Assembly: GCA_038249055.1 (NCBI GenBank)
Contig: JBBRWS010000001.1
Location: 14,244 to 78,243 of the forward strand
Length of the DNA: 64,000 nt
Direction of reading: 5' to 3'
Origin: Minisyncoccia bacterium
Lineage (GTDB): Bacteria; Patescibacteriota; Minisyncoccia; Phycocordibacterales; UBA9973
Made by a program: the position numbers and the translations under genes. The notes under the pieces were generated by a model. The model was not told where the DNA came from and made no database searches. It saw only the letters and a program-made list of their open reading frames with translations. Positions 9,578 through 17,584 of this stretch are shown here, in pieces (position 1 is the stretch's first letter; the number at the start of each line of letters is the position of its first letter).

Positions 9578-9688
9578 TTAATTCATAAGGCCCGGAATAT
9601 ATAGTAAAATCATACTTATTATTACAAGTATTGAAACTACTGCAAAAGCTCTCTCTATTCTTTTTTTATTTCTTGAATTGAAATTCAT
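9578..9688 (-). CDS. Unannotated 36-aa single-TM small protein
   Basis: MNFNSRNKKRIERAFAVVSILVIISMILLYIPGLMN*: basic N-terminus plus one TM helix. TGgTAGTAT lies 6 nt upstream of the ATG, and a terminator lies downstream. Confidence 0.65.
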   Translation of the reverse strand: MNFNSRNKKRIERAFAVVSILVIISMILLYIPGLMN

Positions 9689-9709
9689 GATATAATACTA
9701 CCATTAAAT

Positions 9710-10090
9710 ATGATGAAATCCAAGAAAACTAATTATAAATTTTGGCACTCGCCCATAGCACTTGGTCTTCTTTTTGTAATTTTAATTTTCTTCGGGTATA
9801 AGATTATTGATTTAATAAAAAGAGAAAGGGAAACTGCTCATGTAAAAGGGGATATTTTAGATAATTTAGAAATTTTACAGAAGAAAGAAACATCTTTGTT
9901 AAAGGATTTAGCTAGACTTGAGACAGAAGAAGGAAAAGAAGAGATTATTCGAGAAAAATATCCATTCGTTAAAAATGGTGAAAAGATGGTTACAATAGTT
10001 AACGAGAGTGAAAAAATTATATCTTCATCAGAGACAGAGAAAAATAATCATGGTTTTTGGAATTGGATTAAAGGAATTTTTAATAAGTAA
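9710..10090 (+). CDS. Septum formation initiator family protein (FtsB/DivIC-like)
   Basis: N-terminal TM, coiled coil, then EEIIREKY..VK.GE.MV.IV. Confidence 0.75.
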   Translation: MMKSKKTNYKFWHSPIALGLLFVILIFFGYKIIDLIKRERETAHVKGDILDNLEILQKKETSLLKDLARLETEEGKEEIIREKYPFVKNGEKMVTIVNESEKIISSSETEKNNHGFWNWIKGIFNK

Positions 10091-10093
10091 AAT

Positions 10094-10164
10094 GCGGGAT
10101 TGGTTTAGTGGTAGGATGCGACCTTCCCAAGGTTGAGGCACGAGTTCGATTCTCGTATCCCGCA
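10094..10164 (+). tRNA. tRNA-Gly(CCC), CCA not encoded
   Basis: Acceptor stem GCGGGAT/ATCCCGC, anticodon arm CGACC-TTCCCAA-GGTTG, T loop TTCGATT. Confidence 0.95.
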
Positions 10165-10540
10165 CATATTTAAAAACACTGAAAGGTGTGTTTTTAAATA
10201 TGTGCGGGATAGTAAGCCAACTGCTTGGCTTACGTGCGAGAATCGAAAAGCTTTTCGTTCTCCGATGGATATCGGAGCGAAAAGGTGTACTGAAGCTGTA
10301 AGCTTCGATAAACGTACTCGCGGTCTCGTATCCCGCACATATCTAAAAAGACTCTTTAAAGAGTCTTTTTTAATATATGTGCGGGATAGCAAAAGAACTG
10401 CTTCTTTTGCGTGCAACGATTAGTAAATCGAACCGTGAGGAGAATCGAAAGGCTTTTCCTTGTCGAAGATGGAAAAGCACCAGCGACCGTGATTTACAAA
10501 AATCACCTACTGGGTCAGGCGAGATTTTTGTATCCCACAT
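10156..10540. repeat. Two tandem structured units built on the tRNA-Gly 3' end
   Basis: The tRNA 3' end TCTCGTATCCCGCAC recurs at 10324-10338 and, degenerately, at about 10527-10540. Antisense GTGCGGGATA and GAGAATCGAA and an AACTGCTT-loop hairpin occur in both units. Confidence 0.85.
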
Positions 10541-10623
10541 TCATTATGTCAATATTTGCATATTTTATCACTATGCTATAATTATAGAGCAGAATTAATT
10601 ATCATTTAACTTAAATAAATTAT

Positions 10624-10863
10624 ATGAAAAAAGTAACCGTATATAGCACACCATCATGTCATTTTTGTCACATGGCAAAAGATTTTTTTAAAGAGAAAAA
10701 TATAGCCTTTGAAGATTTTGACGTTTCTGTAGATTTAGTAAAAAGAAAAGAAATGGTAGATAAAAGTGGACAAATGGGTGTACCAGTAATTTTAATCGAT
10801 AACGATTTAATTGTTGGTTTTAATAAGCCAAAGATCGCAGAACTTTTAGGTATAACAGAGTAG
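10624..10863 (+). CDS. Glutaredoxin-like protein (NrdH/YruB family)
   Basis: YSTPSCHFC, SGQMGVPV, VGF. Confidence 0.9.
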   Translation: MKKVTVYSTPSCHFCHMAKDFFKEKNIAFEDFDVSVDLVKRKEMVDKSGQMGVPVILIDNDLIVGFNKPKIAELLGITE

Positions 10864-10884
10864 TAATTTTTAAAATAATGACGT

Positions 10885-10926
10885 ATTATAAGAGCATTCC
10901 AGTACGTATTGGAATGCTCTTATAAT
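10885..10926. terminator. Long hairpin between glutaredoxin gene and tRNA-Arg
   Basis: ATTATAAGAGCATTCCA / TGGAATGCTCTTATAAT arms. Confidence 0.6.
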
Positions 10927-10929
10927 TTT

Positions 10930-11001
10930 GCCCTCGTAGTTCAATGGATAGAACAGTTCCGTCCTAAGGAATAGATGCACGTTCGATTCGTACCGAGGGC
11001 A
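10930..11001 (+). tRNA. tRNA-Arg(CCT), CCA not encoded
   Basis: Acceptor stem GCCCTCG/CGAGGGC, D arm GTTC/GAAC, anticodon arm GTTCC-GTCCTAA-GGAAT, T loop TTCGATT. Confidence 0.93.
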
Positions 11002-11038
11002 CTTTTATTTTCGAACAAAATATGATAATATTCTTAAT

Positions 11039-11341
11039 ATGGATCCTGAGACAAAACAGTTATTAGAGGAAAACTTAAAGTTGTCTAAAGAAAACAACGA
11101 AATGCTGAGTAGTCTTATCCGTAGTAAAAAAAGAAATAATATATTTAAGGCGGTTTATTGGGGTATTATAATTATTATAACCATTGGAACTTATTATTTT
11201 ATTCAACCTTATATTAGCGGTTTGACTAGTTTATATACAGGAGGTGCTTCAGATTTACAAGGCATAGGAGATATAAAAGCAAAGTTGGGTGACCAAGAAC
11301 AAATAGATGCTTTGTTAAATCTTATAAATCAAAAAAAATAA
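11039..11341 (+). CDS. Hypothetical single-TM protein with N-terminal coiled coil
   Basis: 100-aa ORF. LLEENLKLSKENNEML, then a TM segment. Confidence 0.75.
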   Translation: MDPETKQLLEENLKLSKENNEMLSSLIRSKKRNNIFKAVYWGIIIIITIGTYYFIQPYISGLTSLYTGGASDLQGIGDIKAKLGDQEQIDALLNLINQKK

Positions 11342-11386
11342 ATTGCCCAGATATAAAGTAAAAATGTTTTAAAATAAAATATAATT

Positions 11387-11459
11387 GCCTAGATAGCTCA
11401 GTTGGTAGAGCGCTCCCCTGAAGAGGGATAGGTCCCCAGTTCAAATCTGGGTCTAGGCA
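11387..11459 (+). tRNA. tRNA-Phe(GAA), CCA not encoded
   Basis: Acceptor stem GCCTAGA/TCTAGGC, D arm GCTC/GAGC, anticodon loop CTGAAGA, T arm CCCAG-TTCAAAT-CTGGG. Confidence 0.94.
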
Positions 11460-11466
11460 CAATAAG

Positions 11467-11610
11467 TAATAGTCTTACAATTAAAATATTTATCTCAGAC
11501 TAGATAGCCAGTTCAAAGTCTTTGGTCTAGGCACAACAAATAATAGTCTTACAATTAAAATATTTACCTCAGACTAGATAGCCAGTTCAAAGTCTTTGGT
11601 CTAGGCACAA
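11467..11610 (+). repeat. Two direct repeats (period 74 bp), each carrying a truncated tRNA-Phe copy
   Basis: TAATAGTCTTACAATTAAAATATTTAYCTCAGACTAGATAGCCAGTTCAAAGTCTTTGGTCTAGGCACAA starts at 11467 and at 11541. Confidence 0.92.
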
Positions 11611-11651
11611 TTAAAAAATACCTGTTAAGGTGTTTTTTTATTGTGCCTAGA
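11600..11651 (+). terminator. Hairpin whose outer arm is antisense to the tRNA-Phe 3' end
   Basis: TCTAGGCACAAT...AAAAATACC-TGTTAA-GGTGTTTTT...ATTGTGCCTAGA. Confidence 0.7.
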
Positions 11652-11756
11652 AAGCGAGGATTGTGGGGTGGAGACTATTTAATTGTTTAAAAAAATTATA
11701 CAATTAAATTGTCGCAAAATTATAAAATATGAAGTTGTATAAATACCAATAATAAT

Positions 11757-12065
11757 ATGAAATCTATAAATCAAGAGGTTGTTAAAGAAATTGTTAGTTT
11801 TATTGAGGGTTCAAGTTTTTATAATAAAATTCAGATTATTACTGAAAATAGTGGACAGAAAACTGAAACTTTTTATTTTTTAAAAGAAGAAGGTATTGGG
11901 CATACTATTCTTCTTCAAAAAGAAGATGGTCAAATTGAGACAATACAAGAAACTCATATGATAGATAAAGACTTTGTTTATAAAAAATTAGATTTAATAG
12001 AAGATAATGCTAAGGTTAATATATGTGGAAATAGTGGAGACTTTATTCTCTCTATAAAATTATAA
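11757..12065 (+). CDS. Hypothetical protein
   Basis: 102-aa ORF followed by a terminator. No recognisable motif. Confidence 0.6.
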   Translation: MKSINQEVVKEIVSFIEGSSFYNKIQIITENSGQKTETFYFLKEEGIGHTILLQKEDGQIETIQETHMIDKDFVYKKLDLIEDNAKVNICGNSGDFILSIKL

Positions 12066-12079
12066 TATCTTTTCGCTCG

Positions 12080-12123
12080 ATAAAATAAAAAATCCTGACT
12101 TAAGTCAGGATTTTTTATTTTAT
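12080..12123. terminator. Bidirectional terminator, 44-bp perfect palindrome
   Basis: ...AAATAAAAAATCCTGACTT|AAGTCAGGATTTTTTATTT... between convergent genes. Confidence 0.85.
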
Positions 12124-12614
12124 ATTGATTTAATCTTTAATTTTGTTTCTCTATTTTTATCCAACTTAGGAAGTTTGATAATTAATAGCCCGTGTTTTTC
12201 TATTGCCTCTGCTTCTTCTGGGTCAACTTCTTCTGGAAGGGAAATGGTTCTTGAGAATGAACCCCAATAAAGTTCTTGTACAAAATAATTATCTTTTTCT
12301 ATTGATTGGTTCTCTTCGCGTTTACCACGTATAGTAATCATATCGCGAGTTATAGTAATAGAAAGATTATCTGGCTGTACTCCTGCTACCATTGTTTGGA
12401 CAATAATATCTGTTGGAGTTTGGTATAAGTCTACAGTTAATTCTGCATCTATTTCTTCTTCCCATTTAGATTCTCTTTGTTCATGGTTATCTTTAGTGGG
12501 AGAATTAATTTTTCTATTTGCTCCACCAAGGTAATTTTCTTCTTCGTTTTCTTCGTTTTCTTCAAATCTCATACTACCAGTTAAACGTTCTAAAAATGAT
12601 CTCTTTTTTGGCAT
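12120..12614 (-). CDS. Hsp20/alpha-crystallin small heat shock protein
   Basis: VDLYQT..., ITIRGKR, ELYWGSFSRTISLP, GLLIIKLPK. Confidence 0.93.
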   Translation of the reverse strand: MPKKRSFLERLTGSMRFEENEENEEENYLGGANRKINSPTKDNHEQRESKWEEEIDAELTVDLYQTPTDIIVQTMVAGVQPDNLSITITRDMITIRGKREENQSIEKDNYFVQELYWGSFSRTISLPEEVDPEEAEAIEKHGLLIIKLPKLDKNRETKLKIKSI

Positions 12615-12619
12615 ATAAT

Positions 12620-13333
12620 TTAATTTAGTACAGGAATATCGTCTCCCATACGTTTTAATTTTTCAAATATAAGTATATTGATAATCGTGACGACCCATAA
12701 AAATCCAAAAACAGAAAGGAAATTTTCGCCACTTCCTTTCATTATAAAAAAATTAAAGATACTATGCAATAGAATAGCACAGATGATACCAATAAAAAGA
12801 TATATTACTCTGTATTGTTTTAAATAAAATGATAATCCTAGTGCGCTACCAATCATAGCACTTGAGATAGCATGTAATAATGTGGAACCAAGAAATCTCA
12901 AATTACCTGTAAGCATTCCTACTATTGCTCCGCTTACACTAAATGGATTTAATAAATAAAGAATATTTTCTAATGCTGCAAAACCCAAAGCAGTTGCTAT
13001 AAAATACATAGGATAATCAATTGGTTTATCAACATTTTTATTTCCCCATATTATAATTATTACTCCTAAAAATTTAAGCAGCTCCTCTATGGCGGCCCAT
13101 ATTATTGTTTGTGCTGTTTTGTCATTAATAAAACTCATTGAGTATTTTTCAAGCCAAATAGCCATAAAAACAAGCAATCCTCCTATAATAAAAGATATAA
13201 TAATAAGTCCCGTTGGCTCGCGTTCATCGCTGTCTTCTTGTTTAAGCCAAAACCAAAGCCAAAAAATAGCTGGAATCAATCCACTTGCTATAGCTAAAAG
13301 TGAAGTTTTAGGATCTCTCAATAAATCAATCAT
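12620..13333 (-). CDS. PrsW family intramembrane metalloprotease
   Basis: EELLK, GFAALENILY, LLHA, and LHSIFN motifs. Confidence 0.9.
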   Translation of the reverse strand: MIDLLRDPKTSLLAIASGLIPAIFWLWFWLKQEDSDEREPTGLIIISFIIGGLLVFMAIWLEKYSMSFINDKTAQTIIWAAIEELLKFLGVIIIIWGNKNVDKPIDYPMYFIATALGFAALENILYLLNPFSVSGAIVGMLTGNLRFLGSTLLHAISSAMIGSALGLSFYLKQYRVIYLFIGIICAILLHSIFNFFIMKGSGENFLSVFGFLWVVTIINILIFEKLKRMGDDIPVLN

Positions 13334-13436
13334 TCCAGTAGTAAAATTTTAATATTAATTTGTATTTTATTCGACCTCATTTTATAAATATTATATTTTT
13401 TTATTTTGTAATCAAAAATTTACTACGGGACAAGTA
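13334..13436 (-). mobile_element. Start-codon-abutting inverted-repeat element (family C) between valS and prsW
   Basis: The minus strand reads TACTTGTCCCGTAGTAAATTTTTGATTA...AATTAATATTAAAATTTTACTACTGGA-ATG, homologous to 23292-23395. Confidence 0.8.
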
Positions 13437-13447
13437 TGATTATATTT

Positions 13448-15658
13448 TTAATTTGGCCATTTTTCCACCATTAATAATCTTTTATTATTAATGGGCCCGC
13501 CTGCTAAAGCATTTCGGACAGGCATCATACTCCATATTTCTTCTGTTACGAATGGCATAAAAGGATGAAGAATTTTTAAAATATCCGCTAATGTTTCTAA
13601 TAGAAATTGAGCTCTTGAGTTTTTGTCTATATCATTACCATTTTGAAATATTTCTTTACTTTCTTCTAAAATTACGTCAGCAAATCGTGACCAAGTGTAT
13701 TGATAGATTTTATCTCCAACTAAGTAAAATTTATATTCTTCCATTTCTTTTGTCACCTCTATTATCAATTCATACCTTTCTTTTATTAGTTCTGTATCTT
13801 TTTCTGAATATTCCTTAAATTTATTGTTAAACTTTATTCCTTCAGTGCTACTTAATACAAATCGTGTTATATTCCAAAGTTTATTGGCGTAATTTTTATA
13901 TGCTCTTATTTTATCTTCAGACATTTTACTATCATTACCAGGGCCTGTACCTATAACGAGAGACATACGTGCTGCATCTGCTCCATACTTTTTAGTTAGT
14001 TCAAGTGGGTCTAGGGAATTACCTAAAGACTTACTCATTTTTCGCCCTTGTGCATCTCTAATTATTCCATGCAGGTATACAGTTTTAAAAGGTACGGTCC
14101 CAACAAGATATGTACTCATAAGTATCATACGGGCAATCCAAAAGAAGATAATGTCGTATCCCGTTTCGATGATTGTCGTTGGATGATATGTCTTGAAATC
14201 AGGTGAATTTAAATCAGGCCATCCAAGTGTGGAGAAAGTCCAAAGCCCAGAAGAAAACCATGTATCAAGTGTGTCTTCGTCTTGAATCCAGCCTTCTTCT
14301 TTTGGTGCTTCAAGTCCGCAATAGATTTCTTTTCCCTTGTACCAAACAGGAATTCTATGACCATACCAAATTTGTCTAGATATACACCAGTCACGAAGAT
14401 TCTCAATCCAGTTGAAGTATATTTTTTCAAATCGGTCAGGAATAATATTTATTCCCTTATTTCTAACAGCATCAAGCATTAATTCTTTTAGTGTTTTATT
14501 ATTTTTATCTTCAATGGGTTTATTTACATTTATAAACCATTGAAGCTTTGGAAGTGGCTCTATAATACCTCCTGTTCTTTCAGCTGTTGAAATATTTTGG
14601 TCTACATCTTCTTCTTTTTCAAGAAGCCCTTCATTTTTTAACCATTCTGCTATTACAAGTCTAGCTTCGGTTGTTTTTTTATTTAAAATTCTTTCATCCC
14701 CAACAGTCATTTTTGCAAATTCATTTATTACTTGTTTTGTAGGAAGTCCATGTCGCGCTGCAATTTCAGCATCTATTTGACTGTGTGCAGGTGTAACTCC
14801 AAGAGCCCCTGTTCCAAAATCTTTTTCAACAGCGTCATCGGCAACTATTTTTATTTCAAGCTTTACTCCACAAAAATCCTCAATGATATAAGTTCTACCG
14901 ACATACTCTTTATATCTTTCATCAGTTGGATTTACTGCTACCGCTACATCTCCAACTTTTGTTTCAGGTCGTGTTGTTGAAATAGAAATAGGGAAGTCTT
15001 TGCTGTATTTAAAAGTATAAAATTTTGCTTTTCTTTCTTCGTAAACAATTTCGTCATCGGAAATAACAGTTTGGCCTTTTGGGTCCCAATTTACAATACG
15101 ATGACCACGATAAATAAGACCATCATTATACATTTTTTTAAATGCTGTACGGACCGCAAAGTTTCTTTTTTCATCTAGAGTAAAAGCTTCACGAGACCAG
15201 TCGAGAGATGCCCCCATTTTTTTGGATTGGTTTATTATTGTGTCGTGACTTTCCTGGGCAAATTTATTTACTCTTTTTAAAAATTCTTCTCTTCCTAAAT
15301 CTGTTTTTCTTTTTCCTTCTTCTTTTTCTAATATTTTTTCAACTTTTGATTGAGTTGCGATTGCAGCATGGTCAGTTCCAGGAAGCCACAAAGTTCTTTT
15401 TCCTTGCATTCGAGCAAAGCGAGTCATGATGTCCTCAATAGTAAGTGTGGCAGCATGCCCCAAGTGTAGAGTTCCTGTTACATTTGGAGGAGGTAATACC
15501 ATAGAAAATACTTCTGCATCTTTATCTGTAACTCCTTTTTCTATACAAACATCAGGGTTAAAAAATCCACTTTCTTCCCATATTTTATAAATGCGATCTT
15601 CTGTTTCTTTCGGATCGTAGGGTTTTAATAATTTTGAATCAATATTTGGTTCATTCAT
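13448..15658 (-). CDS. valS: Valine--tRNA ligase (short form without C-terminal coiled-coil arm)
   Basis: PPPNVTGTLHLGH, GTDHAAIATQ, DWCISRQIWYGH, KMSKS. The protein ends soon after LHPFMPFVTEEIW. Confidence 0.97.
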   Translation of the reverse strand: MNEPNIDSKLLKPYDPKETEDRIYKIWEESGFFNPDVCIEKGVTDKDAEVFSMVLPPPNVTGTLHLGHAATLTIEDIMTRFARMQGKRTLWLPGTDHAAIATQSKVEKILEKEEGKRKTDLGREEFLKRVNKFAQESHDTIINQSKKMGASLDWSREAFTLDEKRNFAVRTAFKKMYNDGLIYRGHRIVNWDPKGQTVISDDEIVYEERKAKFYTFKYSKDFPISISTTRPETKVGDVAVAVNPTDERYKEYVGRTYIIEDFCGVKLEIKIVADDAVEKDFGTGALGVTPAHSQIDAEIAARHGLPTKQVINEFAKMTVGDERILNKKTTEARLVIAEWLKNEGLLEKEEDVDQNISTAERTGGIIEPLPKLQWFINVNKPIEDKNNKTLKELMLDAVRNKGINIIPDRFEKIYFNWIENLRDWCISRQIWYGHRIPVWYKGKEIYCGLEAPKEEGWIQDEDTLDTWFSSGLWTFSTLGWPDLNSPDFKTYHPTTIIETGYDIIFFWIARMILMSTYLVGTVPFKTVYLHGIIRDAQGRKMSKSLGNSLDPLELTKKYGADAARMSLVIGTGPGNDSKMSEDKIRAYKNYANKLWNITRFVLSSTEGIKFNNKFKEYSEKDTELIKERYELIIEVTKEMEEYKFYLVGDKIYQYTWSRFADVILEESKEIFQNGNDIDKNSRAQFLLETLADILKILHPFMPFVTEEIWSMMPVRNALAGGPINNKRLLMVEKWPN
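13496..13522 (-). repeat. 27-bp palindromic element (family D), in-frame in valS
   Basis: CCTGTCCGAAATGCTTTAGCAGGCGGG encodes PVRNALAGG. Same ends as the murE copy. Confidence 0.75.
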
Positions 15659-15826
15659 ATGTAAAATATAGCACTTTTTGGATTATTATTCAAAAAATTC
15701 AATTATAATTTTAAAATTATTTGATTAATTTTTTGTATTTTATTGACAATTAAAATTATAAAATATAGTGTAAATAAAAATGGTACTAAATCTGAACCAT
15801 TGTTGGTTCCTTAAAAATTATTTTAT

Positions 15827-16186
15827 ATGAATAGAATAGAATTAACTCATGATGAATTCGCATTTCTTTTTTCTTATATTTCGGGTTTCATTGATAAATC
15901 TGAAAAAAGAATTTGTGAGATTATTGAAAAAGCTTTAGATTGCACCGAAGTGTCTTTGTTAAAAGTAGAATCCTTTGCTACTACTATTGAAGAAGCAATT
16001 GATGAATTTTACGAATCTGCTTGGGGTTCAAAAAAAGAGTCAGCAGTTACGAGAAATCTTATAAGTCTTACGACTAATAAAGATGACTTACCTGCAATCT
16101 ATGAAGATAAAATCGCGTACTCTTTTGGTGATAATAGCGACGAAACTTTTTTGCTTATAAGAAGAGCAGTTGAAATTTTATTTTAA
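15827..16186 (+). CDS. Hypothetical protein
   Basis: 119-aa ORF with upstream TTGACA (15743) and a downstream terminator. Confidence 0.65.
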   Translation: MNRIELTHDEFAFLFSYISGFIDKSEKRICEIIEKALDCTEVSLLKVESFATTIEEAIDEFYESAWGSKKESAVTRNLISLTTNKDDLPAIYEDKIAYSFGDNSDETFLLIRRAVEILF

Positions 16187-16200
16187 AAAAAGAAAAATTT

Positions 16201-16242
16201 AATTAAAAAGGTGATACTTATGAAGTATCACCTTTTTTAATT
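16201..16242. terminator. Bidirectional terminator
   Basis: AAAAAGGTGATACTT-ATG-AAGTATCACCTTTTT between convergent genes. Confidence 0.8.
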
Positions 16243-16253
16243 TCCTGGATTTT

Positions 16254-17525
16254 TTATAAAGATAAATTGCCTTTGGCTTTAATAGTATTTATATTTTTTA
16301 TAAATTTTTTATTTTTAGCTTGGAAGTATCCCGCGATAGCTATCATTAGGGCATTGTCTCCAGTCAAACTTTTAGAAGGAAAATGAACTTTTACTTTTAA
16401 TTTATTTTCTTTAATTTTTTCAGACATTATTTTTTGCAGATAAGTATTTGCAGAAACACCACCCCCAACAATAAGAGTTTTTATTTTATATTCTTTAATT
16501 GCTTTAATTGTTTTATGAGTTAGTACTTCTACAACTGCATCCTCGAATTCGCAAGCTATTTTTTGCTTTATATCTATATCATTTAATATATTAGGATTTT
16601 GAATTTTTAAATCTCGCACAAGATATAGCACCGCTGTTTTTAACCCAGAAAATGAAAAATCATAATCTTTTGAATAAATCATAGGACGGGGTAAATTTAT
16701 TGCCTTCAGTAATATGCTTGATTTTTCAGGTCCTCGGACGAGGGAGGACGAGGAGCCAGACCGTGAAAAATCAAGCATATTACTTTCGTCCTTACGTTTT
16801 GCTGAAGCTAATTTTGAAATCTCTGGTCCTCCAGGATAAGGAAGTCCAAGCATACGAGCCACTTTGTCAAAAGCTTCGCCAGCCGCATCGTCTCTTGTTT
16901 GTCCAATTTTTTTATATTTTTGCCAATCTTTTACAATAACAAGTTCAGTATGTCCACCAGAAACTAAAAGAGAAAGCATTGGGAATTTAATGTTGTTTGT
17001 ATCTACTGTAAAATTTTTGGTTTTTTTAGGAAAAATAGAAAAGACATGTCCCTCCATATGATTAACAGAAACGATTGGTATATTCCAATAGGTACTGAGT
17101 GCTTTTGCAAAACTTATCCCTACCCATAGTGCAGGCTCTAAACCAGGTCCTGTTGTTACAGCAATAGCATCAATTTTAGGTTTTTTTATTAGAGGCATTA
17201 TTTCCATCCATCTATCTTGAATCTCGTTTTCTCTATCCAAAATTTTATGAACTTTATTTTCTAATTTATTATCAGATTGAGTCTTTTTATTTAAAGAATA
17301 CATTTTTGATTCTTTTAGTACTTTCACTAAAATGTGTAAAATATTTCTTCCATGTTCACGCTTGGCCATCATAGGGAAAACACCACCATATTGAGCATGA
17401 AGAGCTATTTGGGAAGATATTTCATTTCCAAGTATTTTAAATTTAATTTTTTTGCCTTCTTTTTGCGTATCTATTATAGACAAGGCTGTCTCATCACAGG
17501 AAGTTTCAATTGCTAATATTCTCAT
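16254..17525 (-). CDS. tsaD: tRNA N6-adenosine threonylcarbamoyltransferase TsaD
   Basis: ILAIETSCDET, GPGL, NHMEGH, LLVSGGHT, TRDDAAGEAFDK, FSFSGLKTA, GDNALMIA. Confidence 0.97.
   Translation of the reverse strand: MRILAIETSCDETALSIIDTQKEGKKIKFKILGNEISSQIALHAQYGGVFPMMAKREHGRNILHILVKVLKESKMYSLNKKTQSDNKLENKVHKILDRENEIQDRWMEIMPLIKKPKIDAIAVTTGPGLEPALWVGISFAKALSTYWNIPIVSVNHMEGHVFSIFPKKTKNFTVDTNNIKFPMLSLLVSGGHTELVIVKDWQKYKKIGQTRDDAAGEAFDKVARMLGLPYPGGPEISKLASAKRKDESNMLDFSRSGSSSSLVRGPEKSSILLKAINLPRPMIYSKDYDFSFSGLKTAVLYLVRDLKIQNPNILNDIDIKQKIACEFEDAVVEVLTHKTIKAIKEYKIKTLIVGGGVSANTYLQKIMSEKIKENKLKVKVHFPSKSLTGDNALMIAIAGYFQAKNKKFIKNINTIKAKGNLSL
16708..16784. repeat. Palindromic element, family B, in-frame in tsaD
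   Basis: Perfect 21-bp arms AGTAATATGCTTGATTTTTCA / TGAAAAATCAAGCATATTACT. Encodes SNMLDFSRSGSSSSLVRGPEKSSILL. Confidence 0.9.
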
Positions 17526-17584
17526 TTCAGTACTATATCACAAGGGTTTTTATTTGACCATTTTTATGATAATATTAAATTTAT

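Noticed and set aside
10105-10598. ORFs overlapping tRNA-Gly and downstream repeats
   Set aside because: They overlap a tRNA and structured repeats, and show no protein motif.
10156-11651. tRNA-adjacent repeats as CRISPR array or prophage att sites
   Set aside because: Only two units each, no unique equal-length spacers, and no cas, integrase or phage genes nearby.
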